Shown: piece after piece, positions 1 to 7,492 of the stretch
Numbering within the stretch: the first letter of the stretch is position 1
Layout of the letters: the number at the start of each line of letters is the position of its first letter
NCBI GenBank assembly: GCA_963693365.1
Contig: CAVNZM010000095.1
Coordinates: forward strand, 1 to 9,531
Length of the DNA stretch: 9,531 bases
Source: Amoebidium appalachense
Lineage: Eukaryota > Protista > Ichthyosporea
Direction of reading: 5' to 3'
Notes under the pieces: model-generated
Databases searched by the model: none
Seen by the model: the letters and a program-made list of their open reading frames with translations, nothing else
What the model was told of the DNA's origin: nothing
Translations under genes and position numbers: made by a program

Positions 1-210
1 CTTGCCAATATTTACAAAAGGGCTTCTGCCCGAACAATCACATTCCTAAGTCCTCCTACGATCTATCCTACACACTAATTAGAATACTATTGGTCGGCTG
101 TCCCAGCTGACGTGGTCCTGCCCTGCGCCGGCAGAGGCAAGATGATGCACGCAGCTGCACAGCTATCTTGAGGCCCCGGACTTGATCTTGATGATCTGTG
201 ACCCGGGCCA

Positions 211-231
211 CCCCCCCCCCCCCCCCCCCCC
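211..231. repeat. poly-C homopolymer (C21)
   Basis: Read directly from the sequence. Confidence 0.95.
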
Positions 232-283
232 GATCTCGATCGTAGACTTAGGCTAATCTGCTGAGACGGATTAGTATATGTCA

Positions 284-2776
284 GTTGTAATCAGGGCGCG
301 AGCGAGTATTATATTCGCTCGCATTTATCCATCCACCCAAGCGAATATAATATTCGCTCGGATCCTGATGATCTAACCCCAAGCGAATATAATATTCGCT
401 CGAATCCTGATGATCTAACCCCAAGAGAATATAATATTCGCTCCGATCGATCCGAGCGATTATTATATTCGCGCGGATCTTGATTATCTAACCAATCGAT
501 CCAAGCGAATATTATATTCGCTTGGGGGTTGTAATCATGGTGCGAGCGAATGTTACATTCGCTCGCATCCTGATGATCCCACCCCCAAGCGAATATAATA
601 TTCTCTCGAATCCTGATGATCCAACCCCCAAGCGAATATAATATTCGCTCGGATCCTGATGATCCCACCCCCAAGCGAATATAATATTCGCTCCGATCGA
701 TCCGGGCGAATATTATATTCGCGCGGATCTTGATTATCTAACCAATCGATCCAAGCGAATATTATATTCGCTTGGGGGTTGTAATCATGGTGCGAGCGAA
801 TGTTATATTCGCTCGCATCCTGATGATCCCACCCCCAAGCGAATATAATATTCGCTCGCATCCTGATGATCCCACCCCCAAGCGAATATAATATTCGCTC
901 GCATCCTGATGATCCCACCCCCAAGCGAATATAATATTCGCTCGGATCCTGATGATCCCACCCCCAAGCGAATATAATATTCGCTCCGATCGATTCGGGC
1001 GAATATTATATTCGCGCGGATCTTGATTATCTAACCAATCGATCCAAGCGAATATTATATTCGCTTGGGGGTTGTAATCATGGTGCGAGCGAATGTTATA
1101 TTCGCTCGCATCCTGATGATCCCACCCCCAAGCGAATATAATATTCGCTCGCATCCTGATGATCCCACCCCCAAGCGAATATAATATTCGCTCGCATCCT
1201 GATGACCCCACCCCCAAGCGAATATAATATTCGCTCGCATCCTGATGATCCCACCCCCAAGCGAATATAATATTCGCTCGCATCCTGATGATCCCACCCC
1301 CCAAGCGAATATAATATTCGCTCGGATCCTGATGATCTAACCCCAAGCGAATATAATATTCGCTCGAATCCTGATGATCTAACCCCAAGCGAATGTAATA
1401 TATGCTCCGATCGATCCGAGCGAATACTATATTCGCGCGGATCTTGATTATCTAACCAATCGATACAAGCGAAAATTATATTCGCTTGGGGGTTGTAATC
1501 ATGGTGCGAGCGAATGGTATATTCGCTCGCATCCTGATGATCCCACCCCCAAGCGAATATAATATTCGCTCGCATCCTGATGATCCCACCCCCAAGCGAA
1601 TATAATATTCGCTCGCATCCTGATGATCCCACCCCCAAGCGAATATAATATTCGCTCGGATCCTGATGATCCCACCCCCAAGCGAATATAATATTCGCTC
1701 CGATCGATCCGGGCGAATATTATATTCGCGTGGATCTTGATTATCTAACCAATCGATCCAAGCGAATATTATATTCGCTTGGGGGTTGTAATCATGGTGC
1801 GAGCGAATGTTATATTCGCTCGCATCCTGATGATCCCACCCCCAAGCGAATATAATATTCGCTCGCATCCTGATGATCCCACCCCCAAGCGAATATAATA
1901 TTCGCTCGCATCCTGATGATCCCACCCCCAAGCGAATATAATATTCGCTCGGATCCTGATGATCTAACCCCAAGCGAATATAATATTCGCTCGCATCCTG
2001 ATGATCCCACCCCCAAGCGAATATAATATTCGCTCGCATCCTGATGATCCCACCCCCAAGCGAATATAATATTCGCTCGGATCCTGATGATCTAACCCCA
2101 AGCGAATATAATATTCGCTCGAATCCTGATGATCTAACCCCAAGCGAATGTAATATATGCGCCGATCGATCCGAGCGAATATTATATTCGCGCGGATCTT
2201 GATTATCTAACCAATCGATACAAGCGAAAATTATATTCGCTTGGGGGTTGTAATCATGGTGCGAGCGAATGGTATATTCGCTCGCATCCTGATGATCCCA
2301 CCCCCAAGCGAATATAATATTCGCTCGCATCCTGATGATCCCACCCCCATGCGAATATAATATTCGCTCGCATCCTGATGATCCCACCCCCAAGCGAATA
2401 TAATACTCGCTCGGATCCTGATGATCTAACCCCAAGCGAATATAATATTCGCTCGAATCCTGATGATCTAACCCCAAGCGAATGTAATATTCGCTCCGAT
2501 CGATCTGGGCGAAATATTATATTCGCGCGGATCTTGATTATCTAACCAATCGATCCAAGCAAATATTATATTCGCTTGGGGGTTGTAATCAGGGTGCGAG
2601 CGAATGTTATATTCGCTCGCACCTATCCATCCCCCCAAGCAAATATATTATTCACTCGGATCCTGATGATCCAACGCCCAAGCGAATATACTATTCGCTT
2701 GAATCCTGATGATCCAACCCCCATAATAATAATATAATATTATATTCGCTCGCATCCTAACTATGCATCCGCCGGG

Positions 2777-2839
<63 letters not shown>

Positions 2840-2930
2840 ATCGCTTCTGAGTATCCAACTCCCAAGCGAATATACTATTCGCTCGGATCCTGATTATCCA
2901 CCCGATGCAAGCGAATATTATACGCGAGTA
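284..2930. repeat. Minisatellite/satellite array A: 42-43-bp monomers with a palindromic core, organised as a higher-order repeat
   Basis: Monomer CCCCAAGCGAATATAATATTCGCTCGCATCCTGATGATCCCAC (cores at 841 and 884 are 43 bp apart; the TCTAACCCC variant is 42 bp). Roughly 60 cores. A marker cassette (GGGGGTTGTAATC) recurs at 524, 774, 1067, 1488, 1781, 2243 and 2578. Degenerate copies continue to ~2930 after the (AT)n. Confidence 0.95.
2779..2836. repeat. (AT)29 microsatellite
   Basis: Perfect AT dinucleotide run near the degenerate end of array A. Confidence 0.97.
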
Positions 2931-2998
2931 TCCAAAACATTCCTTGGGAGCAACAATTAAATTCACTTTAACATAGGTATAATGTAAGCGTGATTTTA

Positions 2999-3404
2999 AA
3001 GCGCATATCATATTCGTCCCATCCTCAAGCGCATATTATATTCGCTTGACGCATGCCATGCTCCTGCCATCCTGAAGCGCATATTATATTCGCTTGACGC
3101 ATGCCATTGGTCATGCCATCCTGAAGCGCATATTATATTCGCTTGACGCCACCTATGTATGCTCATGCCATCCTGAAGCGCATATTAAATTCGCTTGACG
3201 CATGCCATGCTCATGCCATCCTGAAGCGCATATTAAATTCGCTTGACGCATGCCATTGGTCATGCCATCCTGAAGCGCATATTAAATTCGCTTGACGCCA
3301 CCTATTTATGCTCATGCCATCCTGAAGCGCATATTATATTCGCTTGCCGCATGCCATGCTCATGCCATCCTGAAGCGCATATTATATTCGCTTGACGCCA
3401 CCTA
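2999..3404. repeat. Minisatellite array B, left part (48-52-bp monomers)
   Basis: Monomer GCCATCCTGAAGCGCATATTATATTCGCTTGACGCATGCCAT(GCTC/TGGTC)AT. GAAGCGC starts at 3074, 3123, 3175, 3223, 3272, 3324 and 3372 (spacings 49/52/48, repeating as a 149-bp trimer). Confidence 0.93.
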
Positions 3405-3693
3405 TGTTGGAAGATGGTATCGTTATCCAGTCCGATCGCATGAATCAGATCATGATCGGCTGGTGGCCTGCGAGATCTTAACCGATCTCGTAGCTCAGTT
3501 GGTAGAGCACTCGACCGGAGATAGAGGGGTCGCGGGTTCAAATCCCGTCGGGATCATCTTTTTCTCATCCTCTTCTCGCTGGGGTAAAAGCCAGCACGCC
3601 TTTACTGGCGTCATCACAACCATCGGCAGTGGTTAGGTTGTGATCTCAAGGCTAGCAAGATCGCTAGTCTCTGCACCATGACAAAATCCAAAA
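3405..3693 (+). repeat. 5' LTR (289 bp)
   Basis: Differs from the 3' LTR by 3 substitutions (3409/3779, 3447/3817, 3679/4047) and one 2-bp indel (GG 3501-3502), by eye. Confidence 0.92.
3484..3556 (+). tRNA. tRNA-like gene inside the 5' LTR (anticodon GGA, short variable loop; probably a tRNA-derived Pol III promoter rather than a decoding tRNA-Ser)
   Basis: Acceptor stem GATCTCG/CGGGATC plus discriminator A. D arm GCTC-AGTTGGTA-GAGC (A box). Anticodon arm CTCGA-CCGGAGA-TAGAG (one G.A mismatch, C at position 33). Variable loop GGGTC. T arm GCGGG-TTCAAAT-CCCGT (B box). 73 nt, followed by T5 at 3559-3563. Confidence 0.8.
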
Positions 3694-3701
3694 TGGTAGC
3701 A
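3694..3701 (+). promoter_or_regulatory. Primer-binding site TGGTAGCA (likely initiator tRNA-Met)
   Basis: Directly follows the 5' LTR. Complementary to a tRNA 3' end ...UGCUACCA; U72-A73-CCA is typical of eukaryotic initiator tRNA-Met. Confidence 0.7.
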
Positions 3702-3765
3702 TGAACAGAGGTTCAGTGGGGACTGAGGGGGCAGTCCACCCTAAACTGATTCTGCGATTCGTCCT

Positions 3766-3774
3766 GAGTGGGGA
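3766..3774 (+). promoter_or_regulatory. Polypurine tract GAGTGGGGA
   Basis: Purine-rich tract abutting the TG start of the 3' LTR. Confidence 0.75.
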
Positions 3775-4061
3775 TGTTTGAAGATGGTATCGTTATCCAG
3801 TCCGATCGCATGAATCGGATCATGATCGGCTGGTGGCCTGCGAGATCTTAACCGATCTCGTAGCTCAGTTTAGAGCACTCGACCGGAGATAGAGGGGTCG
3901 CGGGTTCAAATCCCGTCGGGATCATCTTTTTCTCATCCTCTTCTCGCTGGGGTAAAAGCCAGCACGCCTTTACTGGCGTCATCACAACCATCGGCAGTGG
4001 TTAGGTTGTGATCTCAAGGCTAGCAAGATCGCTAGTCTCTGCACCAGGACAAAATCCAAAA
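3775..4061 (+). repeat. 3' LTR (287 bp)
   Basis: Near-identical copy of 3405-3693, followed directly by the TSD ACCTA. Confidence 0.92.
3854..3924 (+). pseudogene. tRNA-like copy in the 3' LTR lacking the D-loop GG
   Basis: Identical to 3484-3556 except TAGCTCAGTT--TAGAGC, i.e. the invariant G18G19 of the A box is deleted. Confidence 0.75.
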
Positions 4062-4376
4062 ACCTATGCACGTGCCATCCTGAAGCGCATATTATATTCG
4101 CTTGACGCATGCCATGCTCATGCCATCCCGAAGCGCATATTAAATTCGCTTGACGCATGCCATTGGTCATGCCATCCTGAAGCGCATATTATATTCGCTT
4201 GACGCATGCCATTGGTCATGCCATCCTGAAGCGCATATTAAATTCGCTTGACGCATGCCATTGGTCAAGCCATCCTCGCGCGCATGTTATATTCGCTTGA
4301 CGCATGCCACTGGTCATGCCATCCTGAAGTGCAGTTTATATTCGCTTGACGTTGCTATGCACGTGCCATCCTGATG
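4062..4376. repeat. Minisatellite array B, right part (degenerating rightwards)
   Basis: Further GCCATCCTGAAGCGCATATT(AT/AA)ATTCGCTTGACGCAT copies after the TRIM. Confidence 0.9.
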
Positions 4377-4505
4377 CGATTGACGCTTGTCATGACATAT
4401 GGATATCATGATGGTTATGATAATAATGTTGCGTTGGAGTGTGCATGCTTTCTTTTTCACATGTTTGGTGTGTGCATATCTTAACCAGGCTTTACCTTGT
4501 TACAG

Positions 4506-4806
4506 GGATTGTCTTCCATAATCCCGACGGAAACGACTTGTTCGTGAATGCCCTGGGTAACGTCAACTTTGGATACATTGGTGCCTTGGTTGCCATGAAG
4601 GTGGTTGACGGCCCTGGTTTTGGAGTTAAGTTCAAAAATACTGCCCACGAAGACTATGTCAAGCAAGAGGTGGCTGTGTTGGCATGGCTTCGCGATAGGG
4701 CGTATGCCCTTTTTTTCGACAACAGATCGGCCAAATCAGCTATTCGCCGGAAGTGCAGCAAAGGCTTCCATTTCCAATGCCAAGAAGGCGCTGTCTTCTA
4801 TTCAGG
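4506..4806 (+). CDS. Integrase exon 1: Ginger/GIN-type N-terminal region
   Basis: VLAWLRDRAYA...KSAIRRKCSKGFHFQCQEGAVFYSG resembles the YL..G.YP...K..IRR.A..F....G.LYY pattern preceding the zinc finger in Ginger/GIN integrases. Ends at donor GG|GTATGT. Start uncertain. Confidence 0.65.
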
Positions 4807-4873
4807 GTATGTGTATGTCTTTGTGTGATATACATGTACACTTAAAATTCGATTCTAATGGTCCGTTCTCCAG
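4807..4873 (+). other. Intron 1 (67 nt, phase 2)
   Basis: GTATGT...CTAAT...TTCTCCAG. Splicing joins ORF 4439 to ORF 4605 exactly in frame (..VFYSG/SDRRRL..). Confidence 0.8.
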
Positions 4874-5173
4874 GTCAGACCGTCGACGGCTCACGAAATC
4901 ATTGGGAAAGAAGTCGCCACCTCGCCGTGTCCTGTTTTTTTCCGACTCACAGGTCATGGAACGCCTTGCGGAGTGTCATACCGGCGGGGGTTTGGGGCAT
5001 GTTGGACGGGATGCGATGATGGCGGACTTCCATCGCAAGTACTTTGTGTTTTGCAACGCAAAGACGCTAGTGTCCGCCTACATTAGTCGGTGCTTCTCGT
5101 GCACCGCGCACTCCACAACCCTGGGCCCAACAACCAGAAAAGTGATCGTGGCTATGATCTGCCTGGACATATT
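4874..5173 (+). CDS. Integrase exon 2: H2C2 zinc-binding domain
   Basis: ERLAECHTGGGLGHVGRDAMMADFHRKYF...YISRCFSC, with His at 4977 and 4998 and Cys at 5091 and 5100. Ends at donor TT|GTAAGT. Confidence 0.88.
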
Positions 5174-5464
5174 GTAAGTCTGTCATTGATACCATCACCT
5201 AATTTTCGTCTTGTCATAGCACGGTTTTAGATCACACATGCATGCTTGTGTGAAACGCATATGTACTCAATGTTTTATCCGTATGATTCCGTGCTCAGGC
5301 CATGCCTCAAGCCATTATTAGATTCCCTTGACCCTTGCCGTGCTCATGCCATCCTGAAGGGAATACTATATTCCCTTGCCGCTTGTTCCCTTGCCACTTG
5401 CTCCCTTATGCTTCTTTGATACCAAATTGAGACCCACTTGGCTCTTCTGACTGTTTCATGTCAG
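5174..5464 (+). other. Intron 2 (291 nt; phase mismatch, contains degenerate B repeats)
   Basis: Consensus donor GTAAGT; acceptor CTGAC...TTTCATGTCAG. Donor is phase 2 but acceptor is phase 0 (see findings). Confidence 0.6.
5299..5385. repeat. Two degenerate array-B monomers in intron 2
   Basis: GCTCATGCCATCCTGAAGGGAATACTATATTCCCTTGCCGC aligns to the B monomer GCTCATGCCATCCTGAAGCGCATATTATATTCGCTTGACGC. Confidence 0.8.
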
Positions 5465-6273
5465 GTGGTAATGGATTTTTCTTCATTGGGCAAAGAGGCT
5501 ACCATGAAAGACCCCGTTACTGGCTTCACCAAGATGAGCCTTGCGACAGACCACCTTTCAAAGTTCACTGTGGGGATTCCCACTGCATCCGAGGACTCCA
5601 ACACCGCCATCCGAACTTTGCAGGCCATGATGAAGGTGACCCCGGTTAGGGAGGTTTGGGTTGACGGCGGTGGTGCTTATGTCAGCAACGAATTTCGCGC
5701 GTTTTGCGATGAGAACAACATTGATTTCGTTCCGGCAACGCCGTACCACCCTCAAACTAAGGGCGTAGTGGAGCGTATCCATCGAACCATCAGGAAACTG
5801 TTGGCATCCGCGATGCTGGCAGGCAGGGATGTCAAGGAGGGGTACACTCTTCCTGGGCGACTGTTTGATCAGGTGTTGCATCAATATAACACAAAGTATC
5901 ATTCGGTTCTGAAGGCGACCCCATTCGAGGTTATGATGGGTCGTGAATCAGGTTCTGTCCGCGCCATGGGCAGGGATCAGTATAACCGTCTACTGGCGGA
6001 GATGAGACGGAATATCATTCGGAGCGGTTCCAGATTCCACAAGGATACCACGGTCAAGCTACCAGAATTGTCCGTCGGTGATTACGTTATCGTCAACACC
6101 GGTGTGAGGGATCGCATCAAGGCGCGTAGTACCCTCAGACCGGTGTGGGGGGCATATGGTGAGGTGAAGGCACAGAGATCTCCATTCACATACACGGTGG
6201 AGATTCTGGCCTCAAAGGCCAAACATCCGGGTTCCACCATCGTTGCTGGATCCACGACGGTCTTCCACATCAG
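5465..6273 (+). CDS. Integrase exon 3: rve catalytic core (DD35E) plus GPY/F / SH3-like C-terminal region
   Basis: VVMDF (D 5474), LATDHLSKF, VWVDGG (D 5663), PYHPQTKGVVER (E 5771, exactly 35 residues between D and E), YNTKYHSVLKATPFEVMMGR, LSVGDYV, LRPVWGAYGEV, VFHIR. Confidence 0.95.
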
Positions 6274-6399
6274 GTAATGTTTCAGGCCTGGCCTTGAATG
6301 TGCGTCTGTTATTATGGCAGGATCATCTTTTTTGCTTTGCCGTATAGTATATTGGTACATACTGTCAACAGCATAGTTCACTGATGGGATTTTATGCAG
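6274..6399 (+). other. Intron 3 (126 nt, phase 2)
   Basis: CAG|GTAATG...CTGAT...TTTTATGCAG|A. Splicing gives VFHIR-DIKLV (typical VFHxxxLK motif) in frame with ORF 6440. Confidence 0.85.
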
Positions 6400-7492
6400 A
6401 GACATCAAGCTGGTTCCATCCAGCTTCAGACCCGACGACATGGAGCGGTACCTCTTCCATACAATCGGCGACCCGACATATGTTGTTGATTGCGTATTCG
6501 GTCGTAGAACCATTGTAGATGACAAAGGGGACTTGTACGACCAGGTTTTAGTTAAATGGCGTGGATTTCCCTTTTCCCAATGTACTTGGGAGGATCCTGG
6601 TGAAGTTATGCCCCCCAACACAGGGGCACCCACTTGCGATGAACAAGATGTGGATGGCAACGACATTCCATTAGCATTACGTGGTCTGAAAGATTTCAGT
6701 AGCTACACGGATGCCAAAATGGAAACGGTCCTTCGTACACTGGATGCCAATGGCGGGTTGGACGACACGGACTTTGCAAATGGCAGTGTTCCAGTTGCCA
6801 CCATGTTTACCACTGTGACATCCAATCAACGTAAGCCCGTGCGACCATCAAAACCGACATTGTCGCATCCGGCAGGTACACCAGTGCGCTCTGAGCCAGA
6901 ACACAACACAGGGTCGTCGGATCCAGCTTCGCCAATTTCGTCGTCGGGTTTTACCAGTGCAGGTGACGGCGCCCCGTCACAAGTACCACCTTCTTCGGCA
7001 ATGGCACAACCGCCCCGTAACCGTGCCAAGGTGACACTGGAGCCCGAGGTAACTGACTTAACGTTGTATACACCCGAAGTGGACCCACCAGTGTCGCCGG
7101 TCCCATCAACTAATGATTGCAACCCTTGCCCCACTGTGCCCATCCCCGTCTCTCTCCGGTCAAAATGGCCCGGGAATGTCAGTGAGTCTGTGTTTACACA
7201 CTACTGCAACAGCGCAGACCCAGTTTATGACGTCACCCCCGTGCCGATGGATGCTAGAGTCTCATTCAACAGCAACGCCACCTTTAGTTTCCGTCCAAGA
7301 TTTTCATGGGAAATGAATTTCTGTTTCATCATCACCGTATTGGACGGATTAAACTGTGGGCTGATAAAATCCAACGTGCCACCTTTACATCTTAAGCCAA
7401 CCGGACTGGACGTTTGGGACCGGATGATTGCTGCCTTAATTATAAAGCACCGCGAGAAGCATACAGCAAATATCCGGGCCATCGCTCATTGA
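6400..7492 (+). CDS. Integrase exon 4, part 1: chromodomain, Pro/Ser/Thr-rich linker, USP-like Cys box
   Basis: Chromodomain 6479-6607 YVVDCVFGRR...VLVKWRGFPFSQCTWEDPGEV; low-complexity linker; SWEMNFCFIITVLDGL (Cys 7322-7324). Ends at TGA 7490-7492. Confidence 0.85.

Larger units (their letters stand above)
3405..4061 (+). mobile_element. TRIM (non-autonomous miniature LTR retrotransposon) with tRNA-containing LTRs, Helenus/Cassandra-like
   Basis: Direct repeats 3405-3693 and 3775-4061 start TGTT(G/T)GA and end TCCAAAA. The 81-bp internal region begins with PBS TGGTAGCA and ends with PPT GAGTGGGGA. A 5-bp TSD ACCTA lies at 3400-3404 and 4062-4066. Removing the element restores a B monomer. 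Confidence 0.92.

Noticed and set aside
309-2477. Minus-strand ORFs with repeated GVGSSGCERILYSLG peptides
   Set aside because: All frames give the same peptides because the 43-bp monomer cycles through frames; these are repeat artefacts.
284-2930. CRISPR array (regularly spaced palindromic repeats)
   Set aside because: The intervening sequences are themselves repeated rather than unique spacers, there are no cas genes, and the context is eukaryotic (spliceosomal introns).
3405-4061. Tandem pair of SINEs or two genuine tRNA-Ser genes
   Set aside because: The tRNA lies inside each repeat rather than at its 5' end, and PBS, PPT and a single outer TSD define an LTR element. The tRNA lacks the Ser variable arm and U33.
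2757-4202. ORFs 2757-3011, 3292-3636, 3302-3541, 3982-4170 and 4008-4202
   Set aside because: They run through the (AT)n, array B and the TRIM; no protein motifs.
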